A stretch of DNA of 32,000 bases from Bdellovibrionales bacterium (GCA_963692945.1 OY843585.1:750001-782000); one strand, 5' to 3'; shown: positions 1-10,225, counted from the stretch's first letter. The notes: generated by a model not told the origin, from the sequence alone. A program made the numbers and translations.

Positions 1-720
1 GGAATGGTTATTGATTTAAATAGTTGTAATGGTTGTGGAACTTGTATGGTGGCTTGTCAGTCTGAAAACAATATACCAACGGTTGGTAAAAAATATGTTT
101 TAGAAGGTCGTGAGATGCACTGGATCAGTGTGGATCGTTATTATACAGGGACGGCAGAAGATCCTTTAGCAGTTCATCAACCAAGAGTGTGTATGCATTG
201 TGATAATGCTCCTTGTGAAACAGTTTGTCCTGTGATGGCTACTGTTCACAGTGATGAAGGGACAAATGATATGATTTACAATCGTTGTGTAGGGACTCGT
301 TATTGTTCCAACAACTGCCCTTATAAAGTCAGACGATTCAATTGGTTTAATTATGAAAAGAAGTTTAAAGAACCTTTAAATCTTGTTCTTAATCCTGATG
401 TCACTGTCCGTTCTCGTGGTGTTATGGAAAAATGTACTTTTTGTATTCAAAGGGTGCAGGAGGGGAAAGCACAAGCTAAAAAAGAAGATCGTAATTTAAA
501 AGATGGAGATATTCAAACCGCTTGTCAGCAATCTTGTCCAGCCGATGCTATTGTTTTTGGTGACTTAAATGACCCTCATTCCAAAGTGAGCCAAGTTTTT
601 AATGCTAAAAACAGTTATGGTTTATTAGATGAAATGTTAAATACAAAACCGTCTGTTAAATATCGTACAAAAGTTCGTAATAAAAAAAAGTCAATACACT
701 CTAAAAAAGGACACCATTGA
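1..720 (+). CDS. actB: Alternative complex III (quinol:cytochrome c oxidoreductase) subunit ActB, C-terminal 4Fe-4S ferredoxin-like part; 5'-truncated by the window edge
   Basis: The frame is open from base 1. It carries multiple Cys clusters ([41 protein letters not shown]...C) typical of NrfC/PsrB/ActB FeS subunits. An NrfD-like membrane subunit follows directly. Confidence 0.8.
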   Translation, partial: GMVIDLNSCNGCGTCMVACQSENNIPTVGKKYVLEGREMHWISVDRYYTGTAEDPLAVHQPRVCMHCDNAPCETVCPVMATVHSDEGTNDMIYNRCVGTRYCSNNCPYKVRRFNWFNYEKKFKEPLNLVLNPDVTVRSRGVMEKCTFCIQRVQEGKAQAKKEDRNLKDGDIQTACQQSCPADAIVFGDLNDPHSKVSQVFNAKNSYGLLDEMLNTKPSVKYRTKVRNKKKSIHSKKGHH

Positions 721-2072
721 TTATGGAAAGAGAGCCTTTAGTTTTAGGTCGTAAATCTCTCAAGCAAGTTACAGAGGATGTATCTAAACTTGTAGAGACG
801 GTTCCAGGAATTAAGTTTTTTGGATTCTTCCTTTCTGTAAAAATGTTATTTCTTTTTTATATTGGAATTTTGGTAGCCATAGTTTCTGTTGGAATGGGGC
901 TTATGGGTGTGAATCATCCTGTCGCATGGGGAACAGATATTATCACTTTTGTTTTTTGGATTGGTATTGGTCATGCGGGAACATTGATTTCTGCTATTTT
1001 ATTTTTGTTTCGTCAAAAATGGAGAACTTCTATTGCTAGAACGGCTGAGGCAATGACAGTATTTGCAGTTTTAACCGCTGCCGTTTTTCCCGTTTTACAT
1101 CTTGGTCGTCCTTGGTTTTTTTATTGGTTTCTGCCTTATCCTAATCAAAGAGGGTCTCTTTGGATCAATTTTCGTTCTCCTTTAACTTGGGATGTGTTTG
1201 CTATTTCTACTTACGCTCTAGTTTCTATTTTGTTTTGGTATATTGGAATGGTTCCTGATTTAGCGGCTTTAAGAGATAGAGCAAAACATAAATTTCGTAA
1301 AGTATTTTATGGTTCTCTTTCTTTAGGTTGGAGAGGAACAGGTAGAAACTGGAGTCACTATGAAATGGTGTATCTTTTGTTAGCTGGTTTATCTACACCT
1401 TTAGTGCTTTCTGTTCATAGTATTGTGTCTTTTGATTTTGCAACGGCTGGTTTGCCAGGTTGGCATGCTACTATTTTTCCTCCTTATTTTGTAGCAGGAG
1501 CTATTTTTTCTGGTTTTGCTATGGTTGTAACTCTCATGTGTTTAGTGAGAGCCTTTATTCCTCAATTTAAAGATTATATCACTTTAAACCATATGGAGAA
1601 TATGAATAAAATCATTATGGTTACAGGTATGATGGTTGGTTATGCTTATGCTTCCGAGTTTTTTATGGCTTGGTATTCTGGTTCTTCTTATGAACAGTAT
1701 GCTTTTTTAAATAGAGCTTTTGGTCCTTATTGGTGGTCTTATTGGATTATGGTTACTTGTAATGTTATTATCCCTCAGTTTTTTTGGTTCCGTTGGTTTA
1801 GAAGAAATATAAAAGCGATGTTTATTATTTCTATTCTTGTGAATTTGGGTATGTGGTTTGAAAGATATGTCATTATCGTCACTTCTTTACATAGAGATTT
1901 TTTACCAGCTAACTGGGGACTTTTTAAATTAACCTTTTTTGATTTTGGAGCTTTAATTGGAAGTTTTGGAATGTTTTTATTTCTATTTCTTATTTATATT
2001 CGTACTTTACCAGCTATTTCTATTGCTGAGATCAAACCTGTTTTAGGTGTAGGAAAGGGTAATAAACATTGA
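717..2072 (+). CDS. actC: Alternative complex III subunit ActC (NrfD/PsrC-like polytopic quinol-binding membrane subunit)
   Basis: This is a 451-aa, very hydrophobic, W/F-rich multi-TM protein. Its TTG start overlaps the upstream stop (TTGA), and an ATG alternative lies at 723. Its position in the operon is conserved. Confidence 0.8.
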   Translation: MIMEREPLVLGRKSLKQVTEDVSKLVETVPGIKFFGFFLSVKMLFLFYIGILVAIVSVGMGLMGVNHPVAWGTDIITFVFWIGIGHAGTLISAILFLFRQKWRTSIARTAEAMTVFAVLTAAVFPVLHLGRPWFFYWFLPYPNQRGSLWINFRSPLTWDVFAISTYALVSILFWYIGMVPDLAALRDRAKHKFRKVFYGSLSLGWRGTGRNWSHYEMVYLLLAGLSTPLVLSVHSIVSFDFATAGLPGWHATIFPPYFVAGAIFSGFAMVVTLMCLVRAFIPQFKDYITLNHMENMNKIIMVTGMMVGYAYASEFFMAWYSGSSYEQYAFLNRAFGPYWWSYWIMVTCNVIIPQFFWFRWFRRNIKAMFIISILVNLGMWFERYVIIVTSLHRDFLPANWGLFKLTFFDFGALIGSFGMFLFLFLIYIRTLPAISIAEIKPVLGVGKGNKH

Positions 2073-2632
2073 GAAAGTTAAAAATGCCAAGTTTTAGTAT
2101 GAAGAGTTTGTCTCGTTATAAGGCTAAGTCGGGTGTGGCTGGTCTTTGGGAAGAGGAACATTTATTTGTGGAAGCGGTTAGACAAGCTCATAAAAGAAAA
2201 ATAAAAAACTTTATACCTATAACTCCTTACCCAGTGCATGGGTTGGAAGAGGCTATGGAGATACCTCGTTCTTGGATTCCTTGGGTTACCTTTGTCTTTG
2301 GTATGAGTGGTTGTCTTTTTGGTTTATGGTTCACATGGTGGACGTCTGCTGTAGATTGGCCTATTATTATTGGTGGGAAACCTATGTGGTCTCTTCCTGC
2401 TTTTATACCTATTATTTTTGAATTGACTATTTTATTTGCAGCTCTGAGTTCTATTGGAGCTTTAATTTATGCTTGCGGGTTGCCTCATATAGAACCTCCT
2501 GTTATAGATCCAGCTTTATCTTCTCATAAATTTGGAATTTTTATTCCTGAGGAGAAAAATCAAACCATAAAAGATATCAAACCACTTATTAAGGAATTAA
2601 AACCTAAGGACATTTTGGAGACGGAATTTTAA
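2069..2632 (+). CDS. actD: Alternative complex III subunit ActD (DUF3341-like small membrane subunit)
   Basis: This 187-aa protein has central TM helices. Its start overlaps the actC stop, with an alternative ATG at 2084. It sits between the NrfD-like subunit and the monohaem cytochrome c, as in ACIII operons. Confidence 0.65.
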   Translation: MRKLKMPSFSMKSLSRYKAKSGVAGLWEEEHLFVEAVRQAHKRKIKNFIPITPYPVHGLEEAMEIPRSWIPWVTFVFGMSGCLFGLWFTWWTSAVDWPIIIGGKPMWSLPAFIPIIFELTILFAALSSIGALIYACGLPHIEPPVIDPALSSHKFGIFIPEEKNQTIKDIKPLIKELKPKDILETEF

Positions 2633-3238
2633 ATGAAATTTTTTCTACTTTTTATAGGGATTTTTTATCTTGTTTCTTGTTCTTGTTCTGGTGGAAGAAA
2701 TCGGACAGATTCAGAGTATATGTTAGATATGATGAAGCAAAGATCTATCAAGGCTCAAGAGGGAACAGATGAGGGGCAGATTTTAATGAAACTTCCTCCT
2801 GAGGGAACGAGAGCAAGAAACCGAAGTTACTATCCTTTTCCTAAAAATCCTTTAAAAGCTGATCAACTTAAAAATCCTTTGCGGTTGACACCAGATGTTT
2901 TTTCTCAAGGGAAACTTTATTACCAAAGATATTGTATTTACTGCCATGGGAGTCAAGGTGATGCTGGAGAGGGAGCAAGTGTTGCACCTAAGATGATTAT
3001 TAAACCCCTGTCTTTGATTACAAATAAAGCCAAGTCGTATAGTGATGGAAGAATTTATCATATTATTTATAATGGTCAGGGATTGATGGGTTCTTATCGT
3101 ACCCAGTTAACAACTTCGGAACAGGTTTTGTTAAGTCATTATGTAAAAGGTCAGGGGGAAGTAAAGTACAAAGGTTCCAAACAAATTTGGTCTCTTGTTC
3201 ATTATGTTAGATTTTTACAAGGAAAATCTAGGAAGTAA
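2633..3238 (+). CDS. actE: Alternative complex III subunit ActE, monohaem cytochrome c lipoprotein
   Basis: It has a signal peptide with lipobox LVSC and a single CxxCH haem-binding motif (CIYCH). Its ATG immediately follows the actD stop. Confidence 0.75.
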   Translation: MKFFLLFIGIFYLVSCSCSGGRNRTDSEYMLDMMKQRSIKAQEGTDEGQILMKLPPEGTRARNRSYYPFPKNPLKADQLKNPLRLTPDVFSQGKLYYQRYCIYCHGSQGDAGEGASVAPKMIIKPLSLITNKAKSYSDGRIYHIIYNGQGLMGSYRTQLTTSEQVLLSHYVKGQGEVKYKGSKQIWSLVHYVRFLQGKSRK

Positions 3239-3248
3239 GGGGAAGTCT

Positions 3249-4433
3249 ATGAGTATGCCAGTTATAAAATTTGATTTTTGTGATAAAACAAAAAGAAATT
3301 TATCTATTTTTATGTTTATTGGTTTTGTAACTTTTATCAGTGGCTTGTTTTTAGACAGTCAAAGAGTTTGGTTTTCTTTTTTAGTCTCTTCTCTTTTTGT
3401 TTTGTTTTTAAGTTTAGGTGGTCTTTTTTTCACAAGCATTCAACATGTGTCTAAAGCAGGTTGGAGCGTAAACATTCGTCGTATTATGGAGGGCTTTGGA
3501 GCTTATATACCTATAGGTTGTATAGCCGCTTTATTTTTAGTCTTATCAGGAGATCAGCTTTATGTATGGTTTAACTCTTCCGAAGTGGCTAAAGATTCTC
3601 TTTTAGTTCATAAGTCTTCTTATTTGAATCCTATCTTTTTTATTGTTCGGTTGCTGGTTTTTTCTGCCATTTGGATTGTATTTTACAAACTGCTGACTCA
3701 ATTGTCTTTAAATCAAGATAAAACAGGTGATGAATCTCTTACTAGTAAATCTGTATCTTACTCTATTGCTTTTTTAGCTCTTTTCACACTTAGTTTTACT
3801 TTTTTTACAGTAGATACTTTAATGAGTTTAGAGCCTCATTGGTTTTCTACCGTTTTTGGTGTGTATGCCTTTGCAGGACTTTTCCAATCTTTTTTAGCTG
3901 CTTTGATACTTTTTATTATTTATTTTCGTAGAAAAGGTTATCTCAAAAAAGAACTTGTAAATGCCAATCATTTACATGATTTGGGAAAATTTCTTTTTGG
4001 CTTTACTATTTTTTGGGCTTACATTGCTTTTAGTCAGTATATGCTTGTTTGGTATGCGAATTTACCTGAAGAAGCCGTTTATTATTTACATCGCTCTCAA
4101 TATGATTGGTTGTGGGTTTCTTTGGCTTTGATTGTGTTTAAATTTATTGTTCCGTTTATTTATCTTCTTCCTCGTTGGGTGAAAAGAGATGAGTCTTCTT
4201 TGATTGTTGTAAGTGTTCTTATTTTAGTCATGCAATATGTAGATATTTACTGGATGGTTTATCCAAATTATGATTCAAAGGATATTCATTTTGGTTTTAT
4301 AGAGGTAGGTGTTTTTATAGGATTTATAGGATTGTTTTTATACACTTTACTTCGTTTTTTTAGTTTACATCCAATGGTGGCTTTAAAAGATCCAAGGCAG
4401 AAAGAATCTTTAGATCATCATGTGACTTATTAA
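3249..4433 (+). CDS. actF: Alternative complex III subunit ActF (second NrfD-like polytopic membrane subunit)
   Basis: This is a hydrophobic multi-TM protein. The ATG at 3249 (MSMPVIKF...) is preceded by AAGGGGAAG and follows the actE stop. The ORF-track start at 3195 would overlap actE by 44 nt and is less likely. Confidence 0.7.
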   Translation: MSMPVIKFDFCDKTKRNLSIFMFIGFVTFISGLFLDSQRVWFSFLVSSLFVLFLSLGGLFFTSIQHVSKAGWSVNIRRIMEGFGAYIPIGCIAALFLVLSGDQLYVWFNSSEVAKDSLLVHKSSYLNPIFFIVRLLVFSAIWIVFYKLLTQLSLNQDKTGDESLTSKSVSYSIAFLALFTLSFTFFTVDTLMSLEPHWFSTVFGVYAFAGLFQSFLAALILFIIYFRRKGYLKKELVNANHLHDLGKFLFGFTIFWAYIAFSQYMLVWYANLPEEAVYYLHRSQYDWLWVSLALIVFKFIVPFIYLLPRWVKRDESSLIVVSVLILVMQYVDIYWMVYPNYDSKDIHFGFIEVGVFIGFIGLFLYTLLRFFSLHPMVALKDPRQKESLDHHVTY

Positions 4434-4435
4434 AA

Positions 4436-4512
4436 TGGTGCGCCCGAGAGGAGTTGAACCCCTAACCCCTGGATCCGAAGTCCAGTGCTCTATCCAATTG
4501 AGCTACGGACGC
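4436..4512 (-). tRNA. tRNA-Arg (anticodon UCG)
   Basis: The reverse complement reads GCGTCCGTAGCTCAATTGGATAGAGCACTGGACTTCGGATCCAGGGGTTAGGGGTTCAACTCCTCTCGGGCGCACCA. It forms a cloverleaf with a 7-bp acceptor stem. The anticodon stem is CTGGA/TCCAG around the loop CTTCGGA (anticodon TCG), with a TPsiC arm GGGGTTCAACTCC and an encoded CCA. Confidence 0.9.
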
Positions 4513-4595
4513 TTAATGTTTGGACAGTAGAGTGAAAAAAATTCATTACAGGATTTTTTATATCAAAAGAAGATCTTTAATGCTATATTTATACA

Positions 4596-5066
4596 GTGAT
4601 ACTCTATAAAAAAATATTTTTTAGTTTTTTTTTCATTTTTTTTCTACTTCTTAGTGCTTGTAGCCACTTAAATAAAAACTGTTCAAAAATCAATTGGTAT
4701 GAAATTGGTCGTCAAGATAGCACCAGAGGGAGCAAATGGGAGGATACTTTTTTAGAAAAGAAACAAATGTGTTCTCTTAGAAAGAATTCCAACTATGAAA
4801 GAGCCTATAAAAATGGGTTTGATGCTGGATTGAGAGAATATTGCAGTTTTAAAACAGGTTATATTTATGGTCTTTCCAAAACTAAAGAGCAATCTGGAGT
4901 TTGCCCTGGGTCTTTGAAAAAGAGTTTTGTTGATGGCTATGAGGCTGGAACTTATATGACCGAGATTCAAACTCTTCAAAGTGAACTTCAAAAACAAATC
5001 AGTCGTTTAGAAAAAAAGATCAGAAACTACGAGAACAAAAAATCATTAACAATGAATAAGCGTTAA
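4596..5066 (+). CDS. Small lipoprotein, DUF2799-like, with a C-terminal coiled-coil tail
   Basis: It has a GTG start and a signal peptide with lipobox LSAC. The repeated pattern W-Y-E-I-G-R-Q-D / Y-K-N-G-F-D-A-G / F-V-D-G-Y-E-A-G with conserved Cys resembles the DUF2799 lipoprotein family. That family assignment is from memory. Confidence 0.5.
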   Translation: MILYKKIFFSFFFIFFLLLSACSHLNKNCSKINWYEIGRQDSTRGSKWEDTFLEKKQMCSLRKNSNYERAYKNGFDAGLREYCSFKTGYIYGLSKTKEQSGVCPGSLKKSFVDGYEAGTYMTEIQTLQSELQKQISRLEKKIRNYENKKSLTMNKR

Positions 5067-5125
5067 GCTAAATCTTTGTTAACTCAAAAATATTATTATT
5101 TTTCTTCTTTCAAATTAAAAAATCA

Positions 5126-5953
5126 TCAAGTGATTGCTAGTTGCAAAAGGTCTTTTACTTCTTTTTTATGGGTTAAGTTATTGTGCTTTTCATATCCTCT
5201 TAAAAGAATGTTACATTTTTCAGATAAAACTTTTTTAACTTGTGTTTGCTCTTCTTGAGATAGACTTTTATTGGATAAAAACTCTTTTAAGGCTTTAACT
5301 CTCCAGTAATCCATAGCTGGATAAGTCTTAGAAAGTTGATCTTTATGACCTCCATATTTTGTCACAAGAGGTTCTTCTACAAAGCCCACTTCATAACGAG
5401 AGGTGATTCTGAGCCAGAGTTCATAATCTTCACAGACTGGAAATTTTTCGTTAAAACCTCCAATTTCTTTAAATAAAGACCTTTTTATAAGGGCGGCGGA
5501 AGGGCTAATGCAACAAATTTTAGTGGAAGGAATAAAGACTCTTCCTCCTTCTTTCTTATGTTTCTTTTTTTGTAAAAGAAGGCTCCCGTTTTTGATCCAA
5601 ATTTCATTGCAATGTATGAGAGGTTTATCAGGATTTTTATAAGCATATTTGATTTGTTTTTCTAATTTTTTAGGGTGCCACTCATCATCTGAATCTAAAA
5701 AAGCCACCCACTCTCTTTGAGAAAGTTCTAAACCTTTATTTCTAGCAAAACTTACACCTCTCCTTTTTTCAAGAGAGATGATTTTTATTTTATCTGAGCC
5801 CCATTCTAGCTTTAAGTCTTTAAGTCCACCATCTGTTGAACCATCATCTATCAACCATAAAATCCAATTTTGAAAAGTTTGGTTTTTAACAGATTGAATG
5901 GCTTTTTGAATAAGATTTTTTCTGTTGTAGAAAGGGATAATAATATCAATCAT
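5126..5953 (-). CDS. Family 2 glycosyltransferase
   Basis: The N-terminus IIIPFYNRKNLIQKAIQSVKNQTFQNWILWLIDDGSTDG and the DSDDEW (DxD) motif are typical of the GT2 / GT-A fold. Confidence 0.8.
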   Translation of the reverse strand: MIDIIIPFYNRKNLIQKAIQSVKNQTFQNWILWLIDDGSTDGGLKDLKLEWGSDKIKIISLEKRRGVSFARNKGLELSQREWVAFLDSDDEWHPKKLEKQIKYAYKNPDKPLIHCNEIWIKNGSLLLQKKKHKKEGGRVFIPSTKICCISPSAALIKRSLFKEIGGFNEKFPVCEDYELWLRITSRYEVGFVEEPLVTKYGGHKDQLSKTYPAMDYWRVKALKEFLSNKSLSQEEQTQVKKVLSEKCNILLRGYEKHNNLTHKKEVKDLLQLAIT

Positions 5954-6198
5954 CTTGTGGCCTTTTTCGTTCCTATAAAATATCAGAAGACAGAGAATTT
6001 ATCTATAGAAAAACTGGCAAATCAGGAAATTTGGCAATGCTATAAATAGGTCATTAGAGGCTTTTTTAAAGTTGAACTCATAGCTTGAGAATTTTAAGTT
6101 TTCATTTTGTAAATTCACTTGATATTCTTCAAAATAAAAACTAATACTTCTAAATAAAGAGGATCAGAGATTTTTAATTGTATTTGAGGTTTGTTGTA

Positions 6199-7143
6199 AT
6201 GTTTGAAGGTTCAGAAAAGAAAATAGAAATTATTTTTTCACCAAAGAGCTCTTCTCTTCGTTCTTTTCCTGAAAAATTTTGGCAAAATATTATAAAAGCT
6301 TGTGGAGCTTCCATCATCTCCAGTTCTAAACTTTCTTTTATTGATTCTTATATTTTGTCAGAATCTAGCTTATTCCTTTGGGATCATCGTTTAGTCCTTA
6401 TCACTTGTGGTAAAACCACACTGCCTAATTCTTTATTGAAGATTTTAAAAACGATTCCTAAAGAAGATATGGAAATTGTTTTCTATCAGAAAAAAAATGA
6501 ATTTTTTCCTTGGGCTCAGAAAAGTGATTTTTCAAAAGATGTGCGTGTCATTGAAAAAAAGATTAAAGGTTCATCTTATCAATTTGGTTCTTTGCATGAT
6601 CATCATTTTCTTTTATTTCATAATCAAGTGGATTACAACTCGGATACAAAGGACAGAACTTTAGAAATTCTTATGTATGATTCATCTTTTGTTACAAGTA
6701 CTTCCAAGGAAGTTATAGATAGTTTAAAAAAACAACTGGGAACTCTTTTACCTGGTTTTGAAATACAGGATCATTTTTTTCAACCCTCTGGTTATTCTTT
6801 AAATGCCGTTCGGGAAAAATTTTATTACACTATACATATTACTCCTGAAAAACCTTTCTTTTATATTAGTTTTGAAACAAATTTTGAATTCTCATCTTCT
6901 CATAATTTTATTGATAAACTGATTCATATTTTTAAGTCTAAAAGTTTTGACTTGATTCTTTTTAAATCCATTGGTCAGTCTGGAGAGCATTACAATAACT
7001 CTGAATTTTCAAGGAATGCTTTTTATCATCAAGTGTTAGATTGTGGTTATGAAGTTTCTTATATGAATTTTCACCGAATACAAAACACTCCAAGGCTTCC
7101 TCAGAGATATAAAAATGGAAAAGATTATCAAACAAATATTTAA
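6199..7143 (+). CDS. speD: S-adenosylmethionine decarboxylase proenzyme, eukaryote-type (class 2) architecture
   Basis: The motifs FEGSEKKIEI, YILSESSLFLW, ITCGKTT, TLEILM, QPSGYSLNA and YYTIHITPEKPFFYISFETN are colinear with eukaryotic AdoMetDC, in which LSESS is the pyruvoyl self-cleavage site. The ATG at 6199 is preferred over the TTG at 6178. Confidence 0.9.
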   Translation: MFEGSEKKIEIIFSPKSSSLRSFPEKFWQNIIKACGASIISSSKLSFIDSYILSESSLFLWDHRLVLITCGKTTLPNSLLKILKTIPKEDMEIVFYQKKNEFFPWAQKSDFSKDVRVIEKKIKGSSYQFGSLHDHHFLLFHNQVDYNSDTKDRTLEILMYDSSFVTSTSKEVIDSLKKQLGTLLPGFEIQDHFFQPSGYSLNAVREKFYYTIHITPEKPFFYISFETNFEFSSSHNFIDKLIHIFKSKSFDLILFKSIGQSGEHYNNSEFSRNAFYHQVLDCGYEVSYMNFHRIQNTPRLPQRYKNGKDYQTNI

Positions 7144-7171
7144 AAATTGCAAAAAAGAAAAGAGGTGATAA

Positions 7172-8029
7172 ATGAATGAAAAAGAATGGTTTTTTGAAAA
7201 GTATAAAGATATTTTTTCTATGGGATTTAAATTTAAGAAAACTTTATTTGATAGAAAAAGTGAATTTCAAACTGTCAAAATTCTTGAGACAGAAGGGTAT
7301 GGTCCTATGCTTATCAATGATGATATTATTATGACTACAGAAAGAGATGAATTTATTTATCATGAAATGATAATTCATGTCCCTTTGTTTACACATCCTA
7401 ACCCTGAGAATGTTCTCATTATAGGAGGGGGTGATGGAGGCTCTGCTCGGGAAGTGTTGAAACATAAAAATGTAAAAAAATGTACAATGATAGAAATTGA
7501 TTCCGTTGTTGTAGAAGCCTGTCGTGAACATTTAAAGGCCACCTCTCAAGGTTTAGATCATCCGCTTTTAGATTTGAAGTTTGAAGATGGTGCAGCTTAC
7601 ATAGCTCAACAACAAGATGCTTTTGATGTCATCATTGTAGATTCTTCAGACCCTATAGGTCCTTCTGCTGTTCTTTTTGGAGATGAGTTTTATCAAAATG
7701 TTCATAGAGCTTTAAAAAAGGAAGGGATTGTTGTTGCTCAAGGAGAATCTTCTTTTTATGAAATAGAAATTCAAAAAAGATTGTTAAAAACAGTTCATAA
7801 TCTATTTGATAAAGTTGGTTTTTACAATTATGACAATTTAACTTATTCTAGTGGTTGTTGGTCTTTCTTATTTGCTTCTAAAAAATATCATCCCATCAAG
7901 GATTTTAGGAAAGAAAATGTTAAAAAATCAGGTATTAAGTTTCGTTATTACAATGAGGAAATTCATCAGGCTTCCTTTTGTCAGCCTCAGTTTATTAAAG
8001 AGGCTTTTGAGCCCTTATGGACTTTATAG
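7172..8029 (+). CDS. speE: Spermidine synthase (aminopropyltransferase)
   Basis: It carries the motifs VLIIGGGDGG, IEID and IIVDSSDPIGP and is 285 aa long. It lies immediately downstream of speD. Confidence 0.9.
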   Translation: MNEKEWFFEKYKDIFSMGFKFKKTLFDRKSEFQTVKILETEGYGPMLINDDIIMTTERDEFIYHEMIIHVPLFTHPNPENVLIIGGGDGGSAREVLKHKNVKKCTMIEIDSVVVEACREHLKATSQGLDHPLLDLKFEDGAAYIAQQQDAFDVIIVDSSDPIGPSAVLFGDEFYQNVHRALKKEGIVVAQGESSFYEIEIQKRLLKTVHNLFDKVGFYNYDNLTYSSGCWSFLFASKKYHPIKDFRKENVKKSGIKFRYYNEEIHQASFCQPQFIKEAFEPLWTL

Positions 8030-8307
8030 AGATTGGAGGGTGGGTGAGCATTAGGAATAAGTCTTCTCATTTATCTAGACCTTGTTTAGACCTTCATGGT
8101 TTTACAACAGATGAGATTTTTGATAAATTGGACCAATTCATTATAAAAAATCAAGACAAAGAAGAGTTGTGTGTGATTGTAGGTAAGGGGAGAGGTTTAG
8201 TGAAAAAAAAGGTTATTGAATATTTGGAGTTAGGAAGATATCCTTGGAATTATGAAAAAATTTATGGTCATCTCAATGAAGGTGCTTTAATTATAGATAT
8301 GAGTTAA
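8017..8307 (+). CDS. Small Smr (MutS2-related) domain protein
   Basis: It has the LDLHG motif followed by VIVGKGRG, as in Smr domains. Its start overlaps the speE 3' end by 13 nt. Confidence 0.65.
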   Translation: MDFIEIGGWVSIRNKSSHLSRPCLDLHGFTTDEIFDKLDQFIIKNQDKEELCVIVGKGRGLVKKKVIEYLELGRYPWNYEKIYGHLNEGALIIDMS

Positions 8308-8345
8308 AATGGGAATGAAAAAAGGCTGAAAAGATAGAGGGAAAA

Positions 8346-8900
8346 ATGGACACGATTGAAAAAATAGAAGTTGAAAAATTAGAAAAATTATTTTGGCTAG
8401 ACCTTGAAATGACAGGTCTTTCTCCAAATGATGATGTTATTATTGAAGCGGCAGCGATCATCACAGATAAAAATCTTAAAGAGTTAGATGTCTATCAAAA
8501 CGTTGTCAAACAACCAGAAGAAAAACTACAAAAAATGGATGCTTGGAATCAAAAATGTCATCGTAAATCTGGACTCTACTCTCTTATCACAAAAGGGAAG
8601 GAGTTGTTCTCTGTGGAGGATGATCTTTTGCATTTTTTGGAAGCCCATTTTGGTCTTAATGAAAAAATTATTTTGGCTGGTAATTGCATTTACCAAGATA
8701 GAAATTTTATAAAAAGATATATGACTCGTTTAGATAAAAAACTTTACTATCGTATGTTGGATGTTACAGCTTGGAAAATTATTTTTGAACAAAAAGGAAT
8801 TATTTTTACAAAACAAAATAGACATAGAGCTTTAGAAGATACAAAGGAAAGTATTAGAGAATTTGCTTTCTATTTAGACAATATGAATTTTAAAAAATAA
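8346..8900 (+). CDS. orn: Oligoribonuclease (DEDDh 3'-5' exoribonuclease)
   Basis: It carries WLDLEMTGL, the GNCIYQDRNFI motif and H..ALEDT, and is 184 aa long. Confidence 0.9.
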   Translation: MDTIEKIEVEKLEKLFWLDLEMTGLSPNDDVIIEAAAIITDKNLKELDVYQNVVKQPEEKLQKMDAWNQKCHRKSGLYSLITKGKELFSVEDDLLHFLEAHFGLNEKIILAGNCIYQDRNFIKRYMTRLDKKLYYRMLDVTAWKIIFEQKGIIFTKQNRHRALEDTKESIREFAFYLDNMNFKK

Positions 8901-8906
8901 AAAAAC

Positions 8907-10187
8907 TTAATCTTGATGAAATTGAGTCGGGATTTCTTTATTGGCTTTAGCTCCTAGTTTTTTAATATTTTCTATTTTTTGTATGAGATTGCCTCGGCCA
9001 GATTCCAATTTATTGATGGCTGAGTCGTAAGAGTCACTTGCTGTTTTAATCCCTTTTTCTATTTTTGTCATATCGTCTAGAAAGCCTACAAATTTATCAT
9101 AAAGTTGTCCTGATTCTTTAGCAATTTGTTCTGCATTTTTGTTTTGTTTTTCTATTTTCCAAATAGAGGCAATGGTTCTAAGAGTAGCATACAAGGTGAT
9201 AGGGCTTACAATGACAATAGATTTTTCCCAAGCCTTGTCAAACAAGCCTTGCTTATTTTGAATCGCAAAAGAAAAAACAGGTTCAACGGGGATGAACATT
9301 AAAACAAAATCAGGGGTTTTAAACTCTTCAAGAGAAGTGGTGTATTCTTTTTGAGATAAATTATTGATATGATTTTTTAAAGAAGTAATGATTTTATTTT
9401 TATAGTCTTCCTTTTTTTCTTTATCTGTTTCTATTTCATAATTTTGATAATGTGTGAAAGAGACTTTAGAATCAATAACGATGTATTTTTTATCTGGTAG
9501 TTTAACAATAACATCAGGTCTTAATTTTTGTCCTTTTTCATTTTTTACATCTAAACCTTCAGATTGCACAAAAAACTCTTCATTTTTTCTAAGTCCTGAT
9601 TTTTCTAAAATATTTTCTAAGAGGATTTCACCCCATTGGCCTTGAGTTTTTGTATTTCCTTGTAGAGCTTGGCTAAGGCTGCGAGTTTCATCTCTCATAT
9701 TTTGATTCATGTCTTTAAAACCTTTTATAGTTTCTTGTAAGAATTTTTTACTTCCTTCAAGACTTTCAATAGATTTTTGAAAACCTGTAATATTTTCTTT
9801 AAGAGGTTTGATGAGATTTTCTATAGATTTCTCTGAATTATCTTGGTAAGTTTTTGTTGTTTCTTTGAAAATTTTTTGAGCCATAGATTCAAATTCCAGC
9901 TTTAGTTTTTGAGCCGTTTCTTCTAAAGTTTGTTTTTTATGTTCCAACTCTCTATCTTTTGTTTTAGATTCTGTTTGAAGTCGTGCATTTTCTTCTATAA
10001 GATTTCGTTCCTTTTCTTTGAATTTGTTAGTTTCAAGTTGTAAAGATTCCAAATCTTTTTTTAAAAAATCATTTTCAATTTCTGTTTTGATAGAGTTTTT
10101 ATTATTAGAAGATGATTTTTTAAAAAAGAGAGTGGCTAGGATAAGTCCTAAGAGAGCGCCAATGATAAGACCTATTAAAAAAGACAT
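8907..10187 (-). CDS. rmuC: DNA recombination protein RmuC
   Basis: It has an N-terminal TM helix and a long coiled coil. The C-terminal nuclease-like region (RPDVIVKLPDKKYIVIDSKV, FVLMFIPVEP) is typical of RmuC. Confidence 0.85.
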   Translation of the reverse strand: MSFLIGLIIGALLGLILATLFFKKSSSNNKNSIKTEIENDFLKKDLESLQLETNKFKEKERNLIEENARLQTESKTKDRELEHKKQTLEETAQKLKLEFESMAQKIFKETTKTYQDNSEKSIENLIKPLKENITGFQKSIESLEGSKKFLQETIKGFKDMNQNMRDETRSLSQALQGNTKTQGQWGEILLENILEKSGLRKNEEFFVQSEGLDVKNEKGQKLRPDVIVKLPDKKYIVIDSKVSFTHYQNYEIETDKEKKEDYKNKIITSLKNHINNLSQKEYTTSLEEFKTPDFVLMFIPVEPVFSFAIQNKQGLFDKAWEKSIVIVSPITLYATLRTIASIWKIEKQNKNAEQIAKESGQLYDKFVGFLDDMTKIEKGIKTASDSYDSAINKLESGRGNLIQKIENIKKLGAKANKEIPTQFHQD

Positions 10188-10225
10188 TTTATAAAATTAA
10201 CTTATTTTTTAGACGATAGCAATTA

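Noticed and set aside
4436-5953. tRNA-Arg as an integration site for an island carrying the lipoprotein and GT2 genes
   Set aside because: There is no integrase and I found no direct repeat of the tRNA 3' end. The tRNA 3' end faces the ACIII operon, not the candidate island.
6011-6050. Sigma-54-like promoter (two TGGCA motifs at 6015 and 6032) upstream of speD
   Set aside because: The GG-to-GC spacing does not fit the -24/-12 consensus for either motif. It may simply be a 17-bp-spaced direct repeat TGGCAAAT/TGGCAAT of unknown meaning.
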